Source: the human T2T-CHM13v2.0 reference genome, Homo sapiens. From it: a stretch of 64,000 nt of DNA. Below, piece by piece: positions 32,617 to 47,754 of the stretch. Below the pieces are notes generated by a model. The model made no database searches. It saw only the letters and a program-made list of their open reading frames with translations, and had not been told where the DNA came from. The position numbers and the translations under genes are program-made. How positions within the stretch are numbered: the first letter of the stretch is position 1; each line of letters opens with the position of its first letter. Where the stretch lies: the NCBI RefSeq assembly GCF_009914755.1, contig NC_060937.1; one strand, written 5' to 3'.

Positions 32617-33236
32617 TCACTAGGTTGTGGTAGAAATATATTGACAGTTATAACTGCCTTTGTTAGGGAATATTTAACATCAAAAATATTACTAGCTTTG
32701 TAATCATTTTAGAGATCAGGAGTCTTTAAATTCTTACTATTATTTGTAAAGCTCTTAATTCTTAGAGGGCACATAAGTTGTTATAAATATTATATTGTTA
32801 TGTGTCCGTACGTGTGTGTGCCTAGCTTTGCTATTGTTAAACTTTCATATATCTGAAGTCCCAGTCGTTTATTTAACAGGACTAGGGTTTTCAATAGGAA
32901 ACATTTGGCCACGTGTGCCCTTTCTATCTGCTTCTTTATGTTTAATGTGCAATTTTCGAGTATTGACAGTAATAACTCTACTACCTAATTTGCCACTTTA
33001 AAAGTACTTGTTTTAACTTCATACATACTTTCAATCTCTTGGGAAATTATGGCTCATAGATTATTAGCTTTGGTATTTTTACCATACTCTGAATTCTTCT
33101 AAACTTTACACGTCATTTTTGAAACATAAAATAATTTTCCCCCACCTATTTTGGAATAGATCTATGTGACATAAACATGCTAAAGTAAATACACTTATAT
33201 GGAAGTATTTTGATATGATTATAACCCTTCTGTTCT

Positions 33237-33556
<320 letters not shown>

Positions 33557-33733
33557 TCAGGTTTATGTGTATGAATAAGTGTCCATTTTGTCCTAACCTG
33601 TGGCACTGAGTTTCTAACATGCTGAAACTCATACATTCAATAGAGACATCTAGACACGTGTGATTATCATAAAGTTGAAGATTTTCATAACCATTTTATA
33701 TGAAACACTCCATTCTGACATGGACCATAGTAG

Positions 33734-34051
33734 TTTTTTGTTGTTTGTTCATTTGTTTGTTTGTTTTTCTCGAGATGGAGTCTTGCTCTGTCACCCAGGC
33801 TGGAGTCCAGTGGCACGATCTCGGCTCATAGCAACCTCCACCTCCTGAGTTCAAGCAATTCTCCTGCCTCAGCCTCCCGAATAGCTGGGATTACAGGCTC
33901 ACGCTACCACGCCTGGCGAATTTTTGTATTTTTAGTAGAGACAGGGTTCCACCATGTTGGCCAGGCTGGTCTCGAACTCTTGACCTCGTGATCTGCCTGC
34001 CTCGGCCTCTCAACGTGCTGGGATTAGAGGTGTAAACCGCTGTGCCTGGCC
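33734..34051 (-). mobile_element. AluS (Sg-like)
   Basis: Full dimer; TSD ~CATAGTA(G/A)TTTT. Confidence 0.88.
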
Positions 34052-34779
34052 CAATCATAGTAATTTTTTCATGTCTTCATGTTATTAGCAAAACAATACC
34101 CTTTTTATACAACTGTCTCCATCTAAGCTTTTTGTATCCCTTTAAAAAGTTTTAGGAAGTCATTTGAGTAACAAGGCCCAGGAACTCAGGTAATTTACCA
34201 TTTGCTTGTTCAAGAACGACCTGAGAAGAAACAGATCTTGGGCTGGCTAGATTATAGTTTAGTTATTTCCTAAAATAATTTTTTCCATGAATGAACTTGA
34301 GTGATTTAGTACAAGAAAATTGTGCCATATGTTGCAAATAAGCTGCTTATATGAAACCAGCTTATCCCAACAGGAATTGCTCTTTTGAAGTGCCATTTAT
34401 ACCGCTTCTTGGAACCTAATTCTTGGAGTCTTCATGGCAAATAGTTCCTACTTAGGTATCAAGGTCATGTCCAGTAGCTCAGTCGGGCTTTCCTGTGCTG
34501 AAGTGTTTCTACAACCTTTGAATCCATTATTTACTTAGATTTTTAGACATCAATAAAAGGAAGTTATTTATATTATCAATGTCACACTACAAACAAGGCA
34601 CCAGTGGAATTACTTATTAAATTACTTAAACACACTTGTACTATGGTGGACATCTGAATCGTTTATTCATCCCCCTTTTGCTCAGTGTAGCTTTTCCTCC
34701 TATCTTCAGCCATAGTTTCAGAAGGAACCTTTATAGCAGAGAGGAAGTAGAATCATGAAGTAGCTGGGAACAAAGCATC

Positions 34780-34887
34780 TACTTGTGGCTTTGTGACCTT
34801 AGTCAAGGAGCTTAATTTTTCTGAGCCTCGGTTTCCCCATTTGGGAAACAGGAACAATAGTATTACTTACGCTGTAGGACTATTAAG
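34780..34887 (+). mobile_element. MIR core
   Basis: tgtgacctt...ctgagcctcggtttccccatttg. Confidence 0.7.
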
Positions 34888-35273
34888 TGACAAAGAAGCA
34901 GCCCTGACATCTAGAAGCTGGCCTGGAACTCAACCCAACTCTCTTGTGGCCCATAAACAATTTCACAGAACACAAGATCAGACAGGGCCACGTGACCATG
35001 ATGAAGCAAAAAAAGGAAAAATGCCAAAACCAAAATAAGAATATTGTCCAAACCACAAAAATGATGAAACCCCTCCCTTTTCCGGCTAATTTGAATGGCT
35101 GCTGCTTCTTTACCTCTTACGGCTTTCACTCTGCTTTGTTCATCCCACCATCCAGATAGACATTATCAAGATACCTACTCAGAGAATCATCTTGTGTCTT
35201 GACAACATTCAATGCTCAGCACCCACTTTTCTTGAGCCATCCCGAATTCCTCCAACACGAGATCAAATCCTAT
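34888..35273 (+). mobile_element. Old ERV LTR fragment (MER90-like; subfamily uncertain)
   Basis: cataaacaatttcacagaaca...attgtccaaaccacaaaaatga...ctgctgcttctttacc motifs. Confidence 0.55.
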
Positions 35274-35711
35274 TGTATTAACCACATTTTCTAGTTTCTC
35301 TATCTGATGTTTTGACATCTGGGGCCTTGCTGTCTAGGGAGAGACTGCTCCTCCTAGAGACTGAAAGGGAATGACTGCCTTTCATATGCAAACAAACCAA
35401 TCCCGAGCCCGCTTATGCTTCTGAGACATTAACCCCCTGTCGTAATTGCCCTGAGCCAGGCTTCAGAAAACTAGGGACATCCTCTGCACCCCAGAGCCAC
35501 TGAAATGATTCAAACTTGCTGGGCTTAAACCTGGTCAACCCACTCACCCTGCCTCACCCATTCCTGGAAAATAAAATAATAAAAATTTTTATTCCCCTGA
35601 TTTCCTGTTCCCTCTCTGCCTGTGACCAACCTGATTCAGTAATCTCTACTATGGCCTTACATGGCAGGGTATCCGCCCCTCCTCTTGAAAATTATGAGTA
35701 ATAAACTATAC
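35274..35711 (+). mobile_element. MER74-like ERVL LTR (3' truncated)
   Basis: Starts tgtattaacc; tttgacatctggggccttgctg; gcctttcatatgcaaac.aaccaatcc; ends gagtaataaac. Confidence 0.75.
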
Positions 35712-35735
35712 CTCTCCTCGCCTCCCCTCCCCTCC

Positions 35736-36401
35736 ACTGACCAAGACAGTGAAAGAGATCTAACCTCACTGACTCCATCTTGCTTCTAACCTTTAAGCTG
35801 TCTTTTTTCCTTCCTGGGCGTAGGCTGAACTAACTTTGAGAGGAACTTAGTTTATATAGTTAAAACAAAGACGATAACAGCTCTTTGCCAAAAGAAACCT
35901 CCTTCTTGCCTGGGGACTAGACTGCCTTTGTAGGACTAACAAATTAGCCACAAGATTAGAAATTATGGTTTAGGAGTCACGCAGCTGAGGATACAAGATT
36001 CTGACCCTCCCTAAACTGCTCCTAAGATCAGTACTTGAGATATTTTGCAGACCCTGCACTTGATGGATCAGCTGGCACCGCCCAGATGGATAAACTGTCT
36101 CATCTGATCTTGTGGCTCCCACTCAAGAACTGACTCAGCACAAGAGGACGGCTTCAGCTTCCCATGATTCATCTCTGACCCAACCAATCAGCACTCTCGA
36201 CTCACTGGCCTTCCCCCACCCACCAAATTATCATTAGAAACTCTCCTTCCCAAATGCTCAGGGAGACTGATTTGAGTAATAATAAAACTCTGGTCTCCCC
36301 GCACACCGGGCTCTGCGTGAATGACTTCCTGTTTCTCTGTTGCAATTCCCCTGTCGTGATAAATCGGCTCTGCCTAGGCAGCGCCCTGCTGGGCGGTTAC
36401 A
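35736..36401 (+). mobile_element. LTR8 (ERV1) LTR, 5' tip missing
   Basis: gacagtgaaagagatctaacc...actccatcttgcttctaacc...gagactgatttgagtaataataaaactctgg...gggcggttaca. Confidence 0.88.
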
Positions 36402-36597
36402 CTAAGTTGTATCTGCTTGCCTATTTATAAAAGGGTGAAATTTCTTCCTTTCACTGCGATCTCTTTGCAGATTGCCTGTGATGTGCCTCACATTCTGGTT
36501 TAATGTTTATTACATAATAAAACTGTTTTCTGTCTCTATTACCTTTGAGGAGAGGTTTTCTGGATTGACAGAAGATTTTAATGCTATTCCCCCAACA
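36402..36597 (+). mobile_element. MER34-family LTR 3' fragment
   Basis: gattgcctgtgatg...cacattctggtttaatg...aataaaactgttttc...ccccaaca. Confidence 0.7.
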
Positions 36598-37984
36598 GGT
36601 GCAAATATTTATCATAGGTTCCCCAGGAGAAGTAGTGAGCCTACCCACTCTGCAGAAACCACAGATTTAGGGGAGCTTATTCCCTTGTCTCCAGGGCCAT
36701 GTGATCAGCCTGTGAGGGTCCCTTAGGACCACAGGGCTCATTGTCCCGCCCATGCCCCGTGCTAACCTTGGCTGCCCTGTCCAGGCACCAGGCCATGAGT
36801 TAGCAAAGCGCAAAGCCGGCACTGGGCTTGCACAGGTCACTTGCGCTTACAGCCTGCCTGCCAAGCTCTACTTTGAGCGGCGCTTTCTTCAGCCTCTGGC
36901 TGAGCCCTGTATTTCCAAGAGGCTGCATCCTGGTTGCCTCGGGCGCTGCTTTGCGCAGGCTCAGCGATGAGGAATGCTTCTCAGAATGCTGAGAAAACAA
37001 GCACCAGGACAACTCTTTTCTCTGTGATATTTCTCTCTATCTTTCTTCCTCTTTAGACTTTGCCTTTTACAGCTAATGGGGTTTGAAATTTTATCTCAGT
37101 GGGCTTTAAAATCTAGAACAATCCTCCCCATGTTTTAAACTTCCTTTGCTCACTCATGTCCCCCTCCCTGCCTGGCTCCTCACGTCTCCACTTCCTTCCC
37201 GGGCTCTGTGTGTCCCTGGTAAGTAGGATGGAGCCTGGGTGTTGACAAGCGGCACCGATGCACTGAGATTTGAGGAGGGTGGAAATATCCCCTCCCCAAC
37301 ACCAAAACCCTAAATTCAGTGGGACTGATTAAGCCATTTGCCTTTTAGCACAGAGAGGACATAGGATGAATGAGCAGATCCGAGACTGTGGGGAGAAGCA
37401 GGTTCTGCTGTAGGCCATGTTATTTGCCCGTTGTGGCACATTTTCTTTTCTTCTTTTTTTTATTTTTTATTTTTTTATTTAAAAAAAAAAACCTCTATTT
37501 TCTTCATTTCTAAAACGGGCAGGAGTTACCCATCTTACTTGTTGTAAGCCCCTAATTGGTGCTTTTAGAATAACTAGAATATTATGAAGGCTCAAACTAT
37601 ACTGCATGAATTTGCTTCTCCTTAGGCAAGTAGCAGGACCTTGAGGGTACCCACAAAATATGTACAACTATTATGTTTCAAGGCTCATAATTCTTCTACC
37701 ATAATTGGTATACTCAAGTAGTACAGGAACAGCACAAAAGAAGGTAGAACAAATATGCAGTGTGTATTCTAACATAGGTCTTCATTACAGGATTTTTTGC
37801 CTTATCTCCATTCCTATTCCACTAAACTATCTAGACAACCTAGAAGAAACCCAGTGTACTTGTAAGTCTTAATAGTAGGGTGGATCTTTGTAGAAGATAC
37901 TTCATGGTATGGCAGAACTGGGTGTAGTGGAATTTTTAACGTAAACCTCAGTGATGTGATGAAACTTGGTAGACTACACCATAC

Positions 37985-38160
37985 AGGTGGAATGCAACTT
38001 TGGAGCTAGCAGTTGGAGGTTTGAATCTCAAGTCTGCCACTCCTGGTGAGACCTGGGTCATTTCACTTCACCTCTGTGAGCCTCAGTTCACAGAGCACAA
38101 AATGAACATACACACCTGAGAGAGCAGGTGTGAGGTTTAAATGAGATAATGTGAGCACAG
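37985..38160 (+). mobile_element. MIR
   Basis: ggtttgaatctcaagtctgccact...cacctctgtgagcctcagtt...tgtgaggtttaaatgagataatg. Confidence 0.75.
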
Positions 38161-38355
38161 CATCCAGTCTGGGCTGCACTTATATGGATCCACGTCAGAT
38201 AGAGGCTCCTCTTGCAAGAAATGAGGCTAGTTATCTAGGGCCTGGCATTCTGGATACTGAAATGGGCATTCTCACCTGTGTATTACCAATGGGGCTCCAT
38301 AGGTGACAACTATCCCATATGCAAGGACCACAAATTTCGCTATCTACAGCATCTA

Positions 38356-38608
<253 letters not shown>

Positions 38609-38679
38609 GATTCTAGTCTGGGACCTACTCATATGGATCCACTTCAGATAGTGGCTGCTCTTGCAAGAACCGAAGCTAG

Positions 38680-39427
38680 TGATACAGACAAGAGACAGGG
38701 AAATACTGGGTAGGAGAGGGCAGTTTACCAGCAAAGGCCCCACCTTCAAGCCTGGAAACCACGGCCATAAATGGGAACAGGCATTCCTGTTTTTGCACCC
38801 AAATGTTGCTTTCTGGCCCGCCATGCCCCCCTATCCTGTACCCATATAAACCCCAAGCCCCAGGCTCCAAGAGCAGACAAGCAGACAAATGGAAGAGTGA
38901 TGCAGCAGAGAAGGAAAGAAGAGAAGGAGTGTCTGAATGTCAAGAGGAGTTTGGCTGGGGATGGTTGGAGAGGTGATCAGTTGCAGAACAGCTGAACTCC
39001 AGGGGAAGATCACCTTCCCACTCCATCCCCTTTCCAGCTTCCCATCCATCCCTCTGAGAGCCACCTCTATCACCCATAAAAATCCCTGCATTCACCATCC
39101 TTCAAGTCTGTGTGTGACCTGATTCTTCCTGGATGTTGGACAAGAACTTAGGTGCCAAGACGGCACTGAGCTGGTTAACACTTAAGCCATCTGCAGATTG
39201 CAGAGCTAAAAGAGTATGCAGCATACCCGCTGGGGCTTCGGGAGCTGCAGGCACCCACCCCTAGATGCTACCCTGGGGCCAGAGTCCAAAAGCCCTCATC
39301 CCGGTTCCTGCCCCTGACTGTCTGCATGCTCCCCTTCCCATAAGGGGTTTGAGCAACAGCAGTGGCCAGAGAAGCCACACCCCTGTCACACGTCTTGCAA
39401 GGGGGATCAGGGAACCCTCTCGTTTGA
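38680..39427 (+). mobile_element. MER50 solo LTR (ERV1)
   Basis: Starts tgatacagacaagagacagggaaatactgggtag; ends cgtttga; 4-bp TSD CTAG. Confidence 0.88.
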
Positions 39428-40259
39428 CTAGTTACACAGGACTTGGCATTCTGGACTTTAAAATGGGCACTCTCACCTAATACCAATGGTGCTCCATAGG
39501 TGGCAACTATCTATCCCATGTGCAAGAACCATAAATTTCACTATCTCCCTTAAAATATACTGTCTGTCATGCTTTAGGCTCCATGAATCACATTTTACCC
39601 ATGCTCCCAGTCCTTTGCTATCTGAATGATCAACTTGTCTTCTATTGTCAATGACACCTTCCCTGCTCTGTATCTTTACTCACTGAGTGTTCTTCATCTT
39701 CTCCCTAGTGAGGGTCGGAGGAAGACCTAATAAAATTTACTGAACAAATTACAGGAGAAAAATCTTAATGCTGCTTTACAAGGCAAAATTGAAAGTCTCA
39801 AAAGTGTATTGTGTATTCTAAAGTACAGTTTAATGAATAGCAGGGTAGAAGTTGTCAGTTTTTTTTAAAGTGCTAAATAGCAACCTACTTCTTCTGAGAA
39901 TTCATTTAACATAGCATTTTCAAACAATGCATGAAAATTTTGGTTTTTATTATTAAACTCAGTCACAATTTCATTTAAAATCATGACATTTTAAATGAAC
40001 TGTTTTAAAGTGGCCAAATGTGCAATTTAAATTTCTTATAAACTCTCTCTAATTACATTTTAAGGTGTATAGGGACAAAAATAGATTTTACTTCCATGCA
40101 TACTATAAAGTCAATTAAAGAAATTCAAAAATTCTAATAAAAATTTTACAGATATTATGCTTGGACAAATATAGACTCAAATCCATGCTATATGGCTAAA
40201 AGTTTAATCCCTAGTTTTTGCATTAACATTGTTATATTAATAAGGATAAGAGAGGTGTT

Positions 40260-40430
40260 AATTCATCCATCCATTAATTCATCCATCCATTTATCCATCC
40301 TTTTATTCATTCAATCTGCCACTAATTTGAAGTTTATACCAGCTACTTTTAAGGCTTTGTTAGATTCTAAAAGGATTAACATTATGAGACTATCCTTACA
40401 ATGCTTAAGAGAAGATAAGATGTGATGCAA
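40260..40430 (-). mobile_element. L2 3' end with (CATC/CATT)n tail
   Basis: attcatccatccatt...attcattcaa. Confidence 0.5.
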
Positions 40431-40457
40431 CCAATAAGGAAGACATTTCTTTGAACT

Positions 40458-41141
40458 TGAAACCACCTTTGCAAAATTATAACTAAGGAAATTATGACAG
40501 TGAAAGATATCAGACCTACTCAACTCCATCTTGCTTCTAACCTCTAAACTGTCATTGTCCATTCCTGGGTGTAGGCCGAACTAGCCTTGGGAAGCAATTT
40601 AGTTTATAGTTTAAATACAATAATAGCCCTTCCCAAAAGCTAAACTGTTCTTGTAAAATGAATGAAAGGCTACCAGCCACCAAGTTAGAATGAGAAGGGC
40701 TGGAATTCAAAATATTACCAGCCATTATTCTGGAAGTCATAAGATTTGCAACTTCCTCAATTACTCTTAAAGGTAATATCACTATTTTGAGTCTTTTGAG
40801 ATGTCTTTTCAGGTTTTTGCATTTCTAAAAACCATACAGCCCCACCTGGACCTGCCAACCAGGAACTGACTCAGCGTAAGACGACAGCTTTGACTCCCTA
40901 TGATCTCATCCCTGAGCCAACCAATCAGCACTCCGGATTCACTGGCCCCTTACCCACCAAATTATCCTTAAAAACTCTGATACCTGAGTTTTTAGGGAGA
41001 CTGATTTGAGTAATAATAAAATTCTGGTCTCCCACACAGTCAGCTCTGCATGAATTACTCTTTCTCTATAGTAATTCCCCTATCTTGATAAATTCGGCTC
41101 TGTCTAGGCAGTTGTTGAGGTGAACTCATTGGGCAGTTACA
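40458..41141 (+). mobile_element. LTR8A-like solo LTR
   Basis: tgaaaccacctttgcaaaattataact...gggcagttaca; flanks AACT/AATT. Confidence 0.88.
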
Positions 41142-41189
41142 AATTTGGAGGTAGCATTTTACTTTAAAGGAAATAGAAAGACAGAGAGA

Positions 41190-41450
41190 AAAAAGCTTGA
41201 GCTCTGAACGCAGAATACCTGGGTTCAAATAGTAGTGCCTGGTGTTACTCTGTACTATCTTTGAGTCCCAGGGCAACCTACTTAAACCTCCCATGCATTA
41301 ATGTCCATATGGAACATATTATATTACTTGTATGTTATATTGCTGTGGAACATGTTGTATTACTTCACAAGTTTGTTCTGAGAATTCATCAAGTTAAAAT
41401 AAGCAAATCACAGTACTTTGCACATGGTAGGTAGTCCAAAAATTTCAATT
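41190..41450 (+). mobile_element. MIR
   Basis: acctgggttcaaat...gggcaacctacttaaacctc...gcacatggtagg. Confidence 0.6.
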
Positions 41451-41500
41451 CTACTCCATTCATCTGATTTATTTTAGTTCTGATCTAATTTTTTAATATC

Positions 41501-41969
41501 TGTAAAAGGAAAATAAATCTTGGGGCCCCCAAATCACATAGCTATAGGGAAAAGTCAAGTCGGGAACTGCTTAGGGTAAACCTGCCTCCCATTTGATTCA
41601 AAGTCACCCCTCTGCTCACTGAGACAAATGCATATCTGATTGCCTCCTTTGGAGAGGCTAATCAGAAACTAAAAAGAAGGCAACCATTTGTCTTATCTAC
41701 CTATGCCCTGGAAGCCTCCTCCCCATTCAAGTTGTTCCCCCTTTGCTTCCAGTTGTCCTGCCTTTCCAGACCAAAACAGTGCTCATCTTACACATGCTGA
41801 TTGATGTCTCATGTCTCTCTAAAATGTATAAAACCAAACTCTGCCCTGACCACCTTGGGCACATGTTGCCAGGACCTCCTGAGGCTGTGTCACGGCCATG
41901 CATCCTCAACCTTGGCAAAATAAACTTTCTAGAATAACTGAGACCTGTCTCAGATATTCAGGGTTCACG
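41501..41969 (+). mobile_element. MER4A1-like solo LTR
   Basis: tgtaaaaggaaaataaatcttggggccccc...cttggcaaaataaacttt...gggttcac; flanks TATC/TATT. Confidence 0.87.
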
Positions 41970-42085
41970 TATTCAAGTCTCTGGTTTATTCACGTAATTT
42001 CAAGTAAAATCACATATATCAAATGCAACCTGCACTGAAGCCACATTTGTAAACAATTTGCTGTTTTTTAAAAAAAAATTAAATT

Positions 42086-42381
<296 letters not shown>

Positions 42382-44194
42382 TCACTTTTTAAGTTGAAAG
42401 TGTTTATGTGCAAACAGTTCAGTCTCTGGTCACTACTGGATATTTGGTTACCTGGCTTTGTTTTTGCATTCCCTGTAACCCAGACCCAGACCCAGACCCA
42501 GACACAGACACACAGCTACTTGTTTTCTGTTATTCTACTAGCACCTAGTGCTTGAGGTTGAGGTTTGGCTTTCTATGTCACAAAGTCCTCTTCAAGGTTG
42601 TGGTATGACTCTCCGAACTCAGAGGCAATAGAGACAGATGCCAAAATCTAAACTTGCATAATTGTCTGCTTCCTCCTCTCAGGAGCATGCATAATTAACG
42701 GATTTAGAGAGGCCTGCCACACCTTTCAGCTGTGCTATTCGGCTATAATTCATCTTTGGGGAAAAGGGATTCCAGATGTAAAGGTCAAACCACTCGGAAG
42801 CTGCGTTGGCATCTAACAGAGAGATTCTGTGTCCTGGGACATCTACCAAACCCTCCAGGTGAGGCTGAGCAAGCTGGATAAAATTCCACCTCCGCTTCTC
42901 AAAATTTTAGTGAATAGTATTACAAACTGTCACAGGCTGTCAAATGCAGATTGGGCTTGACGCGCTTTCAAAGGAGAGAGAGGACTTTGACTCAGTATAA
43001 TTATTGCATCTTACTAACCACCCCCCACCCACCCCACCGGAGCCCTCCAGGCTAAGAACCCTTTTGGTCCCAGACTGCACAGGCTTTTCTTGGCATGGAA
43101 GTGTACCTGCTCCGGGGTGCTTTCCATTTGTCACTTGCCAAAAGGCTGCAGCCAATGTGCAGTCGAAGTGCCTGGCTTGAAAGTGTTCCAGTGCAATGTT
43201 TTGTGGGTTTGAGGTTTGTCTTCACTCGTACGCATCGTGCGTGGTAAGTTCCCCGGGGAAGTGAGGCAGTGGCTTGGCACGCTAGACTTATCGATGATCT
43301 TCCATTGTGTGTGTCTGAGGCCAGCTCCACCAGCAACTGGAAAGCATCCAGGCTCTCTGAGGAGGCTAACAATTTGTCAGTGATTTTCAAATGCATTGTG
43401 GTGTATTGCTTTCTTCCAATTCTCAATGCTGAATGTGGAAAGTTGTTTTTCTTTTTCTTTTTTTCCCTTTGTTTTAGGCCACAGAATTTTAAGTCTCAAT
43501 TCTGCATTTCCTGATTATATTTCCTTTGTAAATTTTGCGATATAACCTTTCAGATCTGGCAGCATAATCTGTTAGAAATCTCCTGAGGAGTAAATACTTG
43601 TTAACTGACTCCATTCCCCACTCCCCTTCCTTTCCATGATATTATTTCTACTTAGCATTTAGTCCATAATGTGTTTCATTAAGATCAGAAATTTAATTAT
43701 GTACATATTTAAAACCTGAACTCATTAAGTCTATAGATCCCTTGCAAATGCTGTTTTCCAGGTGTACAGTTGCGGTGAGTACGCAAAAATGTCATGAAAC
43801 AATGAGGTTTTAAAGCTTAACTTAAAATAGGCCAAGGGACTAGCTTTTTAGATAGAGAAAAATGGCTCCATAAACATTAGAAGAAATCAGGAAAATGCAT
43901 GAAATCAGTGAGAAATGAAATTAAGAGGATTGTATTCAGTGAAAGTTATTGGTGGAGAAAGAAAGAGAGGCGTTAAATGGGAAGAAGGAATGAAGACTTT
44001 ACTGTGTAAATCGGAGCTGGTTCCTCTCGCTAAAGGCAAGGGCTGCTCAGTTCTGGGCCCTCTCCAGTGTCTCCCTGCGTCCTCCCCATACAGAGTCAGG
44101 CACCCCTTCCTCTTCGTGTCTGTGTGTAAATCTCATCATTCTTGTGTGTCTGTTTACCTTTATGTGTATAATTTTGTGCTTCTCATTATCATCA

Positions 44195-44305
44195 TGATGT
44201 ATTGTGTCTTCCACCAGACTATAGGCTCCTCAAGGGCAGGGATCATGAGAAGTGTCTAGGATAATGCCGCGCAGAGCAAGCTGTCAGTAAGTGTGAGTTC
44301 TTGCG
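44195..44305 (+). mobile_element. L2 3' end
   Basis: ccaccagactataggctcctcaagggcagggatcatg. Confidence 0.65.
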
Positions 44306-44335
44306 GAGAAGGGGCATCACGGTGTCTATGATGGG

Positions 44336-45350
<1,015 letters not shown>

Positions 45351-45499
45351 CCTTTTAGCAGGGGTTAAAAAATAATAAGACTGGAGGAAGGGACTGGAGG
45401 AAGAATATTTAAGATAAAGTACTTTCATATCTTAAAGGATGTAGGGTTCTAGAGGAGAATCAACAAAGGTAAAAATTAAGAAACCAGAGTAGTCTGGTG

Positions 45500-45672
45500 G
45501 AAAGATTAACAGCTGGGAAATCCGTGGACCAGGCACTCATGCCAGCTATGCTGACAGCCTGGTGCATGACCTTGGAGCAGTCACATCACCCCGAGCCTCC
45601 TGTCCTCTTCCACAAAGGGAAGGAGGCGGAAGATAATATCTCCAAAGTTCCTCTCACCTCTAACCTTCTATC
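45500..45672 (+). mobile_element. MIR3-like
   Basis: catgaccttggagcagtcacatcaccccgagcctc...atctccaaagttcctctcacctctaac. Confidence 0.6.
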
Positions 45673-46289
45673 AGGCTGAATTAGGAGCTCGAGGAACATT
45701 TAGAGACAACTTGGCTGTGAACAAAAGGTTTCTAAATATGACCTTAAAACCGTAAATCTAGGAGACAAACCTGGAGGAAAAGAAAATGCACTATTCGGAG
45801 TTGCAGGCGGTGATATAACATCCCTCAGAGGCTCATTCTGACAACTCACAAAGACTTGTGTGAAAAAGAAATTCCTTTGATAACTGCTTGTCTGGAGATG
45901 ACTGACACCTTTCAAAGGAAATGAGGTAAGAGGACAAAGAGGGCATGGGCTCCGCAGACAGGGGAAATTGGGATAGAAACACCGTGAGAGATTAAATCAC
46001 ATCTAGAGAAGTATAATCACTGATATTTAAGATAAAGAGATTGGCAAAGAGGAACATTTTGTAGTCTCAGAAGTAAAACTTACATAAATCAGTAAGTTTG
46101 GCCAGAAATGAAAGTTGGAATCTTACTTATTTTGTTATTTCCTTTTGGTTTCAGGATTCTCTGGTTTATATTTTACTTTTAGTTAAAACAATAATCGTTC
46201 AACAAATTATTATTAAATACCCACTTGTGTCAGGCTTCTTTGGTGCAGTCATAAAAGGAATAGAATGATTTTTAAAATGTATGGTAAAG

Positions 46290-46666
46290 GGACTGGGCAT
46301 GGTGGCTCACATCTGTAATCCCAGCACTTTGGGAGGCCCAGGCAGGAGAGTTGCTTGAGGCCAGGATTTCAAGACCAGCCTGGGCAACATAGTGAGACCC
46401 TCTCGCTCCAAGAAAAAAAAAAGTTAACTGAACATGGTGGCCTGCACCTGTAGTCCCACCTACTTGAGAAGCTGAGGTGGGAGGACCGCTTGAGCCCATG
46501 AGTTCTTGGTTGCAGTAAACTATGATTGTGCCACTGCCCTCCAACCTAGTCAATAGAATGGGACTGTGTTCCTTAAAAAACCAAACACTATGAACATATT
46601 CAGACTGTAAAATATAAAAAAGAAAAAAAAAGAAAACACACACACATACAAAAGAAATACAAGTAA
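46290..46666 (+). mobile_element. AluJ with extended heterogeneous 3' tail
   Basis: ttgcttgaggccagg, gggcaacatagtgagaccc; TSD AAAATGT(G)ATGGTAAAG. Confidence 0.85.
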
Positions 46667-46825
46667 AAAATGTGATGGTAAAGGTATGAATAACAGAAAA
46701 GAAAGAAAAGCTGAACCAAGGTGACTACCAGGAGAAGAACCAGGAAAGCTCCAGGCATCTAGCAGTGGGAACAACAGAGAGTCTTTCCAGGCTTCCAAAT
46801 CTTTTCATCCTTTTTCCTGCTTCTT

Positions 46826-47754
46826 CTTGTTTTTAATTTTACTTTAAGTTCTGGGATACATGTGCAGAACGTGTAGGTTTGTTACATAGTATACATGTGC
46901 CGTGGTGGTTTGCTGCACCTATCAACCCGTCATCTAGGTTTTAAGCCCCACGTGCATTAGGAATTTGTCCTAATGCTCTCCCTCCCCTTGCCGCCCACCC
47001 CCTGACAGGCCCCGGTGCGTGATGTTCCCTCCCTGTGTCCATGTGTTCTCACTGTTCAACTCCCACTTTTGAGTGAGAACACATGGTGTTTGGTTTTGTG
47101 TTTCTGTGTTAGTTTGCTGAGAATGATGGCTTCCAGCTTCATCCATGTCCCTGCAAAGGGTATGAATTCTTTTTTATGGGTACATAGTATTCCCTGGTGT
47201 ATATGTGCCACATTTTCTTAATCCAGTCTATCATTGATGGGCATTTGCGTTGGTTCCAAGTCTTTGCTATTGTAAATAGTGCTGCAATAAACATATGTGT
47301 GCATGCGTGTTTATAGTAGAATGATTTATAATCCTTTGGGTATATACCTGTAATGGGATCACTGGGTCAAATGGTATTTCTGGTTCTAGATCCTTGAGGA
47401 ATCACCACACTGTCTTCCGCATTGGTTGAACTAATTTACACTCCCAACAACAGTGTAAAAGCATTCCTATTTCTCCACATCCTCTTCAGCATGTGTTGTT
47501 TCCTGGCTTTTTAATAATCACCATTTTGACTGGCATAAGACAGTATCTCATTGTGGTTCTGATTTGCATTTCTCTAATGACCAGTGATGATGAGCTTTTT
47601 TCATAAGTTTGTTGGCCGCATCAATGTCTTCTTTTGAGAAATGTCTGTTCGTATCCTTTGCCCACTTTTTGATGGGGTTTTTTTGTTTTGTTTTTTTTTA
47701 AATTTGCTTAAGTTCCTTGTAGATTCTGGATATTAGACCTTTGTCTGATGGTTA
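46826..47754 (-). mobile_element. L1PA8-like 5'-truncated L1
   Basis: tactttaagttctgggatacatgtgcagaacgtg...catctaggttttaagcccc; TSD CTGCTTCTT. Confidence 0.9.
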
